A stretch of 61,451 nt of DNA, filler included. It is 5 parts of 5 records of this genome, joined end to end, with 100 filler letters (N's around TTAATTAATTAA, not from the genome) between each part and the next. Parts side by side here need not be neighbours in the genome. Positions count along the whole stretch, not along the records: positions 1 to 5,187 come from SRR20825010_3342; positions 5,288 to 23,566 come from SRR20825010_3348; 3 more parts are not named here. The stretch is one strand, 5' to 3'. Under the pieces are notes generated by a model. It saw only the letters and a program-made list of their open reading frames with translations. It was not told the origin of the DNA and did not search any database. Below are positions 1 through 8,317 of the stretch, piece after piece (positions within the stretch are counted from its first letter, which is position 1; every line of letters begins with the position of its first letter). The position numbers were made by a program, and so were the translations under genes.

Positions 1-486
1 CGGATCGTGGTGATGAACCATGGCGTGATCGAGCAGATTGGCACACCGACCGACATCTACCGGGAGCCCGCCACGCTCTTTGTTGCGGATTTTATCGGTG
101 AGATGAACAAGTTCCCCGCGATTGCCGCCGCTGCCGGAATGGTAACGATCGGGCAGAAGGACTTTAAATCCAGCGGCAGTGATTTCCCGCCCGGAAGCGA
201 GGTTATCGCTGCGGTGCGGCCGGAGGATATTATTCCGCATGGGGAGGCGGCGAAGGAACCCATGGAAGAGCCGGACAACGCCATTACCTGCCGGATTACC
301 GAGATGGAGTTTTTAGGCTCGTTCTGGCGGTGTCGCCTGACGAGTGAGGCGCTTGGTGCGCAAGAGCTTATCGCCGATTTTTCCATCAATGCGGTGCGGC
401 GGCTGGAACTTGAGGCCGAGAAGGATCTCGTGATTGAAATCCCGAGCAACCGGTTAAAAGTCTTTGCACGACCAGCGGGTGAGTAG
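1..486 (+). CDS. ABC transporter ATP-binding subunit, C-terminal part (TOBE region), probably 2-aminoethylphosphonate (PhnT2/AepV-like); 5' truncated
   Basis: The frame is open from base 1. '[30 protein letters not shown]' is the PotA/MalK-family post-H-loop signature. It abuts the permease. Confidence 0.8.
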   Translation, partial: RIVVMNHGVIEQIGTPTDIYREPATLFVADFIGEMNKFPAIAAAAGMVTIGQKDFKSSGSDFPPGSEVIAAVRPEDIIPHGEAAKEPMEEPDNAITCRITEMEFLGSFWRCRLTSEALGAQELIADFSINAVRRLELEAEKDLVIEIPSNRLKVFARPAGE

Positions 487-488
487 GG

Positions 489-2504
489 ATGAGCGTAACA
501 ACGCCTGATACACTTCCGAATGAGCGCCCCGTCAAGCTGAAGCTCGGGCAGGATGACCTGATGATGCGGGGCTTTATTCTCGTCATCGCGCTTTACCTGA
601 TCATAACGCTGGCGTTTCCGCTCTATGCGATGCTGTCAAAGGCGTTTTCGACATTCCAGTTTGATCTTTCGCAAATCGAGTTTCAGGTCAGCGATGAGAA
701 CGGAAAGTTCGACGGCACAATCCTCTCGGCTGCCACGCTCAATGGGGAACTGGACGCCATACCGGAAGATGAAATGGCGACGAGCAGCGACGGGCGCTTG
801 AGCCTGACACCGCTATTTCCTGATTTCAGTTTTCGAAGTCCGGTTCTCTATAAAATACGCGGGACGACAGCGGAAACGGTGTACCTGATCGGTTCGGACC
901 GAATGACGGGCACGGACTGGCGCGAAGTGGATTCCAATACGTTCCGGCGCATTGTCCTCCGCCCGGTCCAGTCGTTTGGGCTCAGCAATTTCACGACATA
1001 TTTCTCGACACCCTCGCTCTTTCGATCCATTGAGAACTCTCTTTTTATCTCGATCGTCAGCACCATCGTCACGGTCAGTCTCGCCTTCGCCTTCGCCTAT
1101 GCGCTGAGCCGAAGCTGCATGCGGCTGAAAGGGGCGTTTCGCCTGATTGCGATGGCCCCAATCCTCGTGCCGTCCTTGCTCCCGGGGATCGCGCTCGTCT
1201 ATCTTTTCGGCAATCAGGGAATGCTGAAAGAGGTGATGATGGGGGAATCCATCTATGGGCCTTATGGTATCGTTCTGGGGTCGATCTTTTTCACCTTCCC
1301 GCATGCCTTTATCATTATCACGACTGCGCTCGCCATCTCGGATGCGCGGCTGTATGAGGCGGCGGTCTCCCTTCGTGCAAGCGCCTGGAAGACCTTCTGG
1401 ACGGTGACCATCCCAGGTGCCCGCTATGGCCTGATCTCGGCGGCGTTTGTGGTGTTCAATCTGGTGATCACCGATTTCGGTCTGCCGAAGGTGATCGGCG
1501 GGCAGTACAACATGCTGGCCGTTGACATCTATAAACAGGTGATTGGCCAGCAGAATTTCGAGATGGGCGCGGTTGTCTCCGTCGTCCTGCTGATGCCGGC
1601 CTTTGTCGCCTTTGCCGTTGATCGTCAGGTGCAGAAGAAACAAGTCTCTCTTCTTTCCGCCCGTTCGGTGGTGTTCGAGCCCAAACCGGACCGGAAGTTT
1701 GATCGCCTCTGTTTTATGTATTGCAGCCTGATTGCGGTTTTCATTCTCGGAATTCTCGGTGTTTGCCAGTTTGCGGCGCTGATCAAGTTCTGGCCCTACG
1801 ATCTCTCCCTCAGCCTGAAAAACTATAATTTCGATGTAATGGACGGCGGTGGGTGGGAGGCTTACGGTAATTCCATCAAGCTCGGCCTGCTGACGGCATT
1901 TTTCGGGACCGTCGTGGTCTTCATCGGCGCCTATATGGTGGATAAAACAAGAAGCTTTCGTCTCGGTCGCGGCCTGTTCCAGTTTCTCGCGATGCTGCCG
2001 ATGGCGATCCCGGGCATGGTGCTGGGCCTTGCCTACATCTTCTTTTTCAATGATCCCGGCAATCCGCTCAACAGCATTTATGGCACGATGGCGATCCTGG
2101 TGATTGTCACCATTACCCATTTCTATACAGTCTCGCATCTGACGGCGGTCACCGCGCTCAAGCAGATGGATGGGGAATTTGAATCCGTAGCCTCCTCCCT
2201 GAAGCAGCCGTTTTACAAGCTGTTCACGCGCGTGACGGTGCCGGTCTGTATGCCCGCCATATTGGATATTGCGATCTATCTCTTCGTGAATGCCATGACG
2301 ACGGTTTCGGCGGTGGTGTTTCTTTACTCGACGGATACGGCGCTTGCCTCGATTGCGGTGCTGAACATGGATGATGCAGGCGATGTGGCACCCGCCGCCG
2401 CAATGGGAATGATGATTTTCTACACCAATGCCGCCGCCCGCATCATACATCTCGTCGTATCGAAGGGTATCCTGAAGCGGACGCAGGCGTGGCGACTGCG
2501 GTAG
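489..2504 (+). CDS. ABC transporter permease with duplicated membrane domain, putative 2-aminoethylphosphonate (PhnU2/AepW-like)
   Basis: Two EAA loops (LYEAAVSLRA, FESVASSLKQ) and about 12 TM segments. Motifs LVYLFGNQG, TDFGLPKVIGG and FWPYDLSLSL are typical of this family. Confidence 0.8.
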   Translation: MSVTTPDTLPNERPVKLKLGQDDLMMRGFILVIALYLIITLAFPLYAMLSKAFSTFQFDLSQIEFQVSDENGKFDGTILSAATLNGELDAIPEDEMATSSDGRLSLTPLFPDFSFRSPVLYKIRGTTAETVYLIGSDRMTGTDWREVDSNTFRRIVLRPVQSFGLSNFTTYFSTPSLFRSIENSLFISIVSTIVTVSLAFAFAYALSRSCMRLKGAFRLIAMAPILVPSLLPGIALVYLFGNQGMLKEVMMGESIYGPYGIVLGSIFFTFPHAFIIITTALAISDARLYEAAVSLRASAWKTFWTVTIPGARYGLISAAFVVFNLVITDFGLPKVIGGQYNMLAVDIYKQVIGQQNFEMGAVVSVVLLMPAFVAFAVDRQVQKKQVSLLSARSVVFEPKPDRKFDRLCFMYCSLIAVFILGILGVCQFAALIKFWPYDLSLSLKNYNFDVMDGGGWEAYGNSIKLGLLTAFFGTVVVFIGAYMVDKTRSFRLGRGLFQFLAMLPMAIPGMVLGLAYIFFFNDPGNPLNSIYGTMAILVIVTITHFYTVSHLTAVTALKQMDGEFESVASSLKQPFYKLFTRVTVPVCMPAILDIAIYLFVNAMTTVSAVVFLYSTDTALASIAVLNMDDAGDVAPAAAMGMMIFYTNAAARIIHLVVSKGILKRTQAWRLR

Positions 2505-2536
2505 CAAAGTGAGTGGGAAAGCGGGTTGGTGTTGAT

Positions 2537-3088
2537 CTACCTTCCGCCCCAATCAACGATGACTTTATGCAACGCGCGATATTCACGGTCGGCCTCTCGC
2601 CCGAAGACGGGATCGCCCTTGTCGCGCATGCGCGTCTCAATCACATCCCAGTCGGCCTGAATAAGCGATTGTTCCGCTGCGGGAAAGAAAATCGTCTCCT
2701 CCTTATGCATATGCTCCAGCAGAAGCTCTTTATACTCGCGGACCGTATTGACAAGGTTTTCCCGAAGGATGGGTTCCTCCAGCTTGACCTGCTCTACTTC
2801 TTTGGCGAAGCGGGAAATGATATTCGTGAGCTCTTCATGCTCATTCAGGATTTCCGCCGCCACGGCGCCCGCTTCGTAATTTCGGCGGGTCAGGCTTTTC
2901 AGGAGAAAGTTCTCAATCGGATGATGGCATCTCTGGGGGAAATTCACGATATAATCGAGGATCGTCTCAACCATGAAAAAATTAAGATTGTTCCCCCCTG
3001 AGAATGTCATTACCTCCCGTTCCAACACCTCCAGAAGCACGGCCATCCGCCGGTGATCCTCCTGCAGTTTCGCTACAACCTGCGACAT
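2537..3088 (-). CDS. Hemerythrin/HHE cation-binding domain protein
   Basis: Motifs EDH, HHPIE, EHEEL and EHMHKEETIFFP. The start was moved to ATG 3088, which follows an AGGAGG RBS. Confidence 0.85.
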   Translation of the reverse strand: MSQVVAKLQEDHRRMAVLLEVLEREVMTFSGGNNLNFFMVETILDYIVNFPQRCHHPIENFLLKSLTRRNYEAGAVAAEILNEHEELTNIISRFAKEVEQVKLEEPILRENLVNTVREYKELLLEHMHKEETIFFPAAEQSLIQADWDVIETRMRDKGDPVFGREADREYRALHKVIVDWGGR

Positions 3089-3121
3089 GCAACCTCCTTG
3101 ATCTAATTTGAGGTAATCGGA

Positions 3122-3162
3122 ACTATACCAAGCGGATAGGTGGTGACATTGATCGCGATCAA
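3122..3162 (-). promoter_or_regulatory. FNR/FixK box plus -10 element (class II anaerobic promoter) for the hemerythrin gene
   Basis: Perfect TTGAT-cgcg-ATCAA at 3149-3162. TATAGT on the minus strand at 3127-3122 fits a box centred near -41.5. Confidence 0.8.
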
Positions 3163-3283
3163 CTGAAGATTTCATATTGGCGTAAAATCTGGGCCGTGAA
3201 TTTGGCCCTGTCGCAATAGTTTTCTTCTCGCTATCATGCGGGTGCCGGTAAATTTCGGTTATTTTCAGTGAGCTTCAGGTTTC

Positions 3284-3979
3284 ATGATTACATTCGGGCA
3301 GGAAAATACTCACATCTATCACGTCGATATCGGCGATGGCGGCCCGCTCGATTATACCAATTGCTGGCAGGCCTTGACGCCGTCGGAGCAGGCGCGGGCG
3401 GAGCGGTTCCGCTTCGACCTCCATCGCAACCGCTATGTGCGGGCGCATGGCCATGTCCGGCATATCCTCGCGGCCTATATGGATGTCGCGCCGTCGGAAA
3501 TTACCCTGCAAACGGGACCGCGTGGAAAGCCCTTCATTTCATCACATGATCTCTATTTCAATATGTCCCATTCAGCGGATACCGCCGTTTATGCCGTTAC
3601 GCAAAGCGGCGAAATAGGTATCGATGTGGAGATGTTTGATCGCAAAGTGGAAATCGACGATCTCAGCCGGCATTATTATACAAAAGCGGAGCAGGGCGCG
3701 CTTGCGGCCCTGACGGAAGCCGCGTCCCGGCGGGAGCTGTTTTTCTGGCTCTGGACCGCGAAGGAGGCTCGTATGAAAGTCACGGGGGAGGGGTTGGCGC
3801 TCGATCCCCGGCATATCGATGTCGCGATTGAGGCAGGGCGGCCGGTTTCCTATCGTAAGCCGGATGAACCAAAGGCGAGTTTGGTTCCGATAGAGCTTGC
3901 GAAGATAGCTGGCGCCTGCAGTGTCGCGGGGCTGTTTGAGCCCCGGTTCACCGTCAAATCGATTGAAGATTTAGGCTAG
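3284..3979 (+). CDS. Sfp-type 4'-phosphopantetheinyl transferase
   Basis: Motifs GKP, FNMSHS, IGIDVE and WTAKEARMKVTGEGL. Confidence 0.9.
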   Translation: MITFGQENTHIYHVDIGDGGPLDYTNCWQALTPSEQARAERFRFDLHRNRYVRAHGHVRHILAAYMDVAPSEITLQTGPRGKPFISSHDLYFNMSHSADTAVYAVTQSGEIGIDVEMFDRKVEIDDLSRHYYTKAEQGALAALTEAASRRELFFWLWTAKEARMKVTGEGLALDPRHIDVAIEAGRPVSYRKPDEPKASLVPIELAKIAGACSVAGLFEPRFTVKSIEDLG

Positions 3980-4001
3980 ATATATATAGAGGTCCGGCTG
4001 A

Positions 4002-4394
4002 TCAGCTTTTTAAGTCAATGGTGACTTTCTGAAGCTCACTCCATACCTCGAACATTTTGAGATTTGCGCGGTAGCTGTGCAGCGCGACATTCTGGTTCAC
4101 AATTTCCTCCGCTATATCCACATTCGGGCTTTCAACAAGCCCTTCTTCATTGGCGAGCGGATTTTGCGGCGCATAGACATGTGCCGTCGCCGGATCCTTT
4201 TCACGAACCTTGACGGTCGGCGCACCGGTTTCATCCGTCGTCTGAACAGGTTCAACGGCTTTGTAGGACTGAGTTTCGTCCGTAGCGCCGGGGGTACCGA
4301 CACTGTTCGCATTGACCAGGTTTTGCGCGGATACTTCGACCCGTTTTGTTGCGGCTGCCATGCCGCTGATCGCTGAGCCTAGAATTGACGTCAT
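4002..4394 (-). CDS. FlgC-like flagellar basal-body rod family protein (orphan)
   Basis: N-terminal SGM...AQNLVNANS and C-terminal NPLANEEGLVESPNVDIAEEIVN...YRANLK. ATG at 4394 follows a GGAGA RBS. Confidence 0.75.
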   Translation of the reverse strand: MTSILGSAISGMAAATKRVEVSAQNLVNANSVGTPGATDETQSYKAVEPVQTTDETGAPTVKVREKDPATAHVYAPQNPLANEEGLVESPNVDIAEEIVNQNVALHSYRANLKMFEVWSELQKVTIDLKS

Positions 4395-4476
4395 GATTGT
4401 CTCCAATCAATACAATTTTAAATAATATTTATACGAATACTATTTTTCTAATTAACACGTTATAGGAGTAAATTTA

Positions 4477-4491
4477 TTAACAAACCGTTAA
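4477..4491. promoter_or_regulatory. CtrA-binding site upstream of the flgC-like gene
   Basis: TTAA-CAAACCG-TTAA (TTAA-N7-TTAA) in the AT-rich region about 80 bp upstream of a flagellar-family gene. Confidence 0.55.
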
Positions 4492-4820
4492 TTTTCCCGG
4501 GCTTCCCTTTTCAGGAATTGTCGCCAGCGATCGAGAAGATAGAAGAAATCTTCACGTGGCCCGTCCTGCGGTGGGCGCGTGTCTTCATAAATCGGTGTGA
4601 TAATATAGCGATCAAGGGTCAGGGTTAGGGTGAAGCTGTTGCCGGTGATTTCATAATCCTCTCCCTCCTGATCGATGATTTTTGTTCGCAAATAGTTTAT
4701 AAGCGCCATATCATCCTGAATTTCCGTTTCAAAAAACTCTTTCAACAGATTGTTTTCAGGCAATAATCTGGATTCAATCAGGCCGGTTTCCTTATCTCTT
4801 TCCAGATGAATTTCGAGCAT
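4488..4820 (-). CDS. YacL/UPF0231-like protein; candidate immunity protein
   Basis: Acidic 110-aa protein with the pattern FFETEIQDD...GNSFTLTL...EDFFYLLDRWRQFL resembling YacL. It begins 10 bp after the EndoU gene. Confidence 0.55.
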   Translation of the reverse strand: MLEIHLERDKETGLIESRLLPENNLLKEFFETEIQDDMALINYLRTKIIDQEGEDYEITGNSFTLTLTLDRYIITPIYEDTRPPQDGPREDFFYLLDRWRQFLKREAREN

Positions 4821-4830
4821 GGGTCAGGCC

Positions 4831-5187
4831 TTAATCCTTGGCATATAGAGGGTAAGCGGTGTTTATATCGCCGTTCCCGAAGCGATAGCCTTCGATCAGG
4901 AAGCCATGCCCCGACGGGCCGCGCCAGCGAGATCCTTCAGGAAGGCGGTTGTTTGAATGGGCGAATAATATGCTATCGACAACCTGCTGCCGGGAAAAAT
5001 CATCGGGGAAGAAGCTGGAGAATTTTTCTTTCCAGCGGCGATCGTCGGGATCATAAATCTCCACCATAGCCGTATAGACACCGGCATGGTTTGGCCCGGA
5101 CAGGATATGCTTGATGCGCGAAGTTGCGCCCATCGGCTCTTTCGGGGCGACATGAAATCCGACCGGTTTGCCATGCCGGTTGATTTC
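4831..5187 (-). CDS. Bacterial EndoU ribonuclease domain protein; 5' truncated by the contig end
   Basis: The frame stays open to 5187 and adds EINRHGKPVGFH before the called ATG. It also has KFSSFFP, WRG...IEGY and INTAYP EndoU motifs. Confidence 0.8.
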   Translation of the reverse strand, partial: EINRHGKPVGFHVAPKEPMGATSRIKHILSGPNHAGVYTAMVEIYDPDDRRWKEKFSSFFPDDFSRQQVVDSILFAHSNNRLPEGSRWRGPSGHGFLIEGYRFGNGDINTAYPLYAKD

Positions 5188-5287
5188 NNNNNNNNNNNNN
5201 NNNNNNNNNNNNNNNNNNNNNNNNNNNNNNNTTAATTAATTAANNNNNNNNNNNNNNNNNNNNNNNNNNNNNNNNNNNNNNNNNNNN
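5188..5287. other. Artificial contig spacer
   Basis: N-run with a central TTAATTAATTAA. GC content and gene types change across it. Confidence 0.98.
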
Positions 5288-5328
5288 GCGATGGGCAGAT
5301 AAGGGTGTAAACATATATTGCATCAAAC

Positions 5329-5358
5329 AAAAAAAGGAGGCTGATGGCCTCCTTTTTT
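5329..5358. terminator. Intrinsic terminator (bidirectional)
   Basis: A-tract, GGAGGC-tgatg-GCCTCC hairpin, T-tract. Confidence 0.8.
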
Positions 5359-5458
5359 GTACCATGTGGCCAAACTTTATTTTATTATCAAATTTCAAGG
5401 TATTTATTGGTAGTTTTTTAAGAAAATCTCTAGATTTATTACTTAAAATATATAAAAT

Positions 5459-5788
5459 ATGGGAAAATTTGAGATTAACACGGATAAAGCCGGAAAGTTC
5501 AGGTTTAATTTAAAAGCTGGAAATGGCCAAGTTATTTTAAGCAGTCAAGGGTACACCACCAAATCTGCTTGCGAAAATGGTATCGAATCTGTAAAAAAAC
5601 ATTCACAGGACGATGAGAATTTTGAAAGAAACACTGCGAAAGACGGCAGTCCATACTTTAACCTAAAAGCATCCAACGGACAAGTTATTGGAAATAGCGA
5701 AATGTATTCCAGTGATTCAGCTATGGAAAATGGCATTGCATCCGTCAAAAAAAATGCGCCGGACGCATCAGTGGAAGAAATTTCCTAA
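5459..5788 (+). CDS. yegP: YegP family protein (tandem DUF1508)
   Basis: Two repeats of FNLKAxNGQVIxxSxxY...NGIxSVKK. Confidence 0.92.
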   Translation: MGKFEINTDKAGKFRFNLKAGNGQVILSSQGYTTKSACENGIESVKKHSQDDENFERNTAKDGSPYFNLKASNGQVIGNSEMYSSDSAMENGIASVKKNAPDASVEEIS

Positions 5789-5814
5789 AAAACTGGTATC
5801 ATTTCACATCGAAT

Positions 5815-5841
5815 AAGACAGCCCAAAAGGGCTGTTTTTTT
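5815..5841 (+). terminator. Intrinsic terminator of yegP
   Basis: ACAGCCC-aaaa-GGGCTGT followed by a T-run. Confidence 0.85.
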
Positions 5842-5936
5842 ATGTCAAATTTTCACCCACCAATTCAAATGGGCCATTCATTGGTTTAAAAAGGGGCATC
5901 CGTTAATTGGGGCCCTAAAATCTCATTTATTGATTC

Positions 5937-6100
5937 TATGTTTGTCCTGCATGCATATTGATAAGCAAGATCAATATAACGCATGCACAGATAGCAATTC
6001 ACTTTTGGCGACTGTTGGTCAAAAAAGTGTTTAGTTTAGTTGAGGTTTCCGTTACGCCAAGGAACTACAAAAGTTCCTTGGTTGTAATGGTTTTTTTATT
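5937..6100 (+). ncRNA. Candidate small structured transcript (sRNA or leaderless 27-aa peptide at 5951-6034)
   Basis: Bacteroidetes -7 promoter TATGTTTG at 5937-5944, three successive hairpins, and a final perfect 10-bp stem (6057-6081) followed by a T-run. Confidence 0.45.
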
Positions 6101-6252
6101 TGGAACCTACCCCTTCTCCCTAATTTATCAATCCAGAGAATTATTGGCTTGTTCAGATAACCATCAAGATCTCATATTTCGGCAAAAAAAGGGGCTTCAA
6201 AAAAACCTAGATAAACTCAACTGGCCCATCCGTCAATTCAAAACCCGCATTC

Positions 6253-6716
6253 ATGCATTTACTAAAACCTATAGATTTGGACGAACTTCAGCAAGCGGTG
6301 GAAAAGGCAAGAAACCGAATGGACACCAATGTTTACAGAGAACAGTTAGATATATTAATGCAAAGCATTTCTCGCGGAAAAGTACGTCCCGAAAAAATTT
6401 GCTTGGCCACCCCACGGCTGGAATGGAGTTTATTGCCTTAGATGACATAGTGGCCTGCAAAGCGGATGGCTCGTACACTTGTTTTATGTTGCAAGATCAA
6501 AGTATGCTCTTGGTGAGCAAGCATCTAAAGGAATACGAAATGCTACTTTCAGAACACAACTTTATGCGGGTACACAACAGTTTCCTTATCAACTTAAAAA
6601 AGGTAAAGAAATATGTTAAATCTGATGGAGGGCACCTTATCATGAGCAGTGATATGCAGGTGAATATTTCACCAAGAAAAAGAGATGATTTGATAGAGGC
6701 GATGAAACGTTTATAG
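6253..6716 (+). pseudogene. LytTR response regulator remnant (receiver domain mostly missing, frameshift near 6410)
   Basis: One frame gives LLKPIDLDELQQAVEKA...KICLAT. The next frame continues TAGMEFIALDDIVACKADGSYT...FMRVHNSFLINL. The switch is at the C-run 6410-6413. Confidence 0.8.
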
Positions 6717-6721
6717 CCTTA

Positions 6722-7303
6722 TCAACCTTTCTTGTTGACCAAGCCTTTGGTAAACTCGTTCAATGCCTCGACCTTTTGTTCAAAATCACCCTTAAGGGTT
6801 TTTCGGTATTCGTTCAAGTTCTTGACCAAGTCATCAATGTTTTCTGGGAGCACGTCCTCAAAGAACTGTCTCAATCTTTTTGCCGTTGTCGGGGATTGTC
6901 CGTTAGTCGAAATGGCCACCTTTACATTTCCCTTGGTAACAATACCGCCCATATAAAAATCACAGAACGGTGGATTATCCGCCACATTTACCAATTTGCT
7001 CAACTTTCTGCAATCGTGGTACACCTGCTCGTTCACTTCGGGTTTATCCGTACAGGCCACGACCATATGCTTTCCTTCCAGATACTTTTCTTGATAAACA
7101 TCTTTTGTAATCTCTACATTATGATTACCCGCCAACTTTAATGTTTCAGGCAAAAATTCAGGTGCAACCATTTGTACCTGCGCATTGGGACTTGACTTCA
7201 ATAAAAAAGTCAGTTTTTCCAATCCAACATTTCCACCCCCAACAATGAGTACATTTAAGTTGTTTACCTTCAAAAAAACGGGATACAGCTCATTCCTTTC
7301 CAT
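6722..7303 (-). CDS. Precorrin-2 dehydrogenase/sirohydrochlorin ferrochelatase (SirC/Met8, CysG N-terminal type)
   Basis: Motifs YPVFL, VGGGNVGLEK, VNVADNPPFCDFY and AISTNGQSP. Confidence 0.9.
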   Translation of the reverse strand: MERNELYPVFLKVNNLNVLIVGGGNVGLEKLTFLLKSSPNAQVQMVAPEFLPETLKLAGNHNVEITKDVYQEKYLEGKHMVVACTDKPEVNEQVYHDCRKLSKLVNVADNPPFCDFYMGGIVTKGNVKVAISTNGQSPTTAKRLRQFFEDVLPENIDDLVKNLNEYRKTLKGDFEQKVEALNEFTKGLVNKKG

Positions 7304-7372
7304 AGCATATCGATTTATAAGCGATTATCGTTGTAAAGTTAACCACTATTTTCGGGCCAAGCCTAACCTTAT

Positions 7373-8314
7373 CTAAAATGTAGGCTCCTCCTTTTGTTTT
7401 TGGGAAGATTTAAACTCATATCGCACAAATAATTCGTGGGAACCGCCCGTATAGCTGGCCAAGTTTGAAGTGGTAAGATCATAAGCATACCCAGCACTAA
7501 AGTTTGGATTGATCTGCATTCCCAACAATGTGGAAAATGAATCGTCCCAACGGTAGGCCAATCCAAAAGTGAAGGTTTCCCTGAGCATAGCATTCACCGA
7601 TAAATCGGCAATAATCGGAGCACCGGGCACCCACTTTACGAAGAAAGCTGGCTTTAGTTTCACATCTGGGGTCAAATCCACCACTTTTCCTCCGATAAAA
7701 TAATAGTGCAAGCGTTCTGCAGCGATTTCCTGTTCCTCGCCATCATAATGCTTCTGCGAAAAAAAGTTGGGTATGGCAAAGCCCAAATACCCCTTTTTTG
7801 TATCATAATAAAGTCCTGCTCCAATGGTGGGGAAAAACTTGCTCTTGATGTTATTCTGGAAAGCCACATCGGAATCTTCGGTAAGTCCCTTGGAAAAATC
7901 TACATCAAAAATACGCCCGCCGAGCTTCATACCAAAGGATAGTTTGCTATGGGCACTATCCAACTGAATGGTATACGAAACGTTTCCGTCCAATGATATT
8001 TCGGATGAGGGACCCAAGGCATCGCGCGATATGATTCCTCCTACCCCAAGTTTATTTTCTAAAGGTGTATCTACCGCCAACACCTGCGTATTGGGAGCAC
8101 CATTTACCCCCACCCATTGCGACCGGTGCAACAACAAGGCGGTTAAATGCCCGTTATTGCCAGCAAATGCGGGATTGACACTCATAGTGTTGTACATGTA
8201 TTGCGTAAACTGCGGGTCTTGCTGAGAATAACCAAAAATGGAGCATAGGACAAGCAGTAGCACAAGTACATGCTTACCTCCGATTATTTTATATTTCGAT
8301 GAAACCAACTCCAT
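7373..8314 (-). CDS. Type IX secretion PorP/SprF family outer-membrane protein
   Basis: QQDPQFTQYMYN...NPAFAG, RSQWVG and GYAYD...GSHE. It lies directly after a type-B CTD protein. Confidence 0.93.
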   Translation of the reverse strand: MELVSSKYKIIGGKHVLVLLLVLCSIFGYSQQDPQFTQYMYNTMSVNPAFAGNNGHLTALLLHRSQWVGVNGAPNTQVLAVDTPLENKLGVGGIISRDALGPSSEISLDGNVSYTIQLDSAHSKLSFGMKLGGRIFDVDFSKGLTEDSDVAFQNNIKSKFFPTIGAGLYYDTKKGYLGFAIPNFFSQKHYDGEEQEIAAERLHYYFIGGKVVDLTPDVKLKPAFFVKWVPGAPIIADLSVNAMLRETFTFGLAYRWDDSFSTLLGMQINPNFSAGYAYDLTTSNLASYTGGSHELFVRYEFKSSQKQKEEPTF

Positions 8315-8317
8315 TCT

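Noticed and set aside
813-2552. 579-aa antisense ORF, and similar ones at 18058-19026, 23611-24393, 30740-31828, 33550-34629, 45812-46789 and 57351-58328
   Set aside because: Shadow frames opposite well-supported genes, with no recognisable motifs.
3284-3979. Sfp PPTase as a marker of a biosynthetic cluster
   Set aside because: No PKS, NRPS or carrier-protein genes are adjacent, and orphan PPTases are common.
5232-5243. TTAATTAATTAA recurring four times
   Set aside because: Synthetic all-frame stop linker inside N spacers, not a biological repeat.
5958-6716. 252-aa ORF as an intact LytTR protein
   Set aside because: Only the last 100 or so residues are homologous. The N-terminal part crosses a terminator and the real upstream homology is in another frame.
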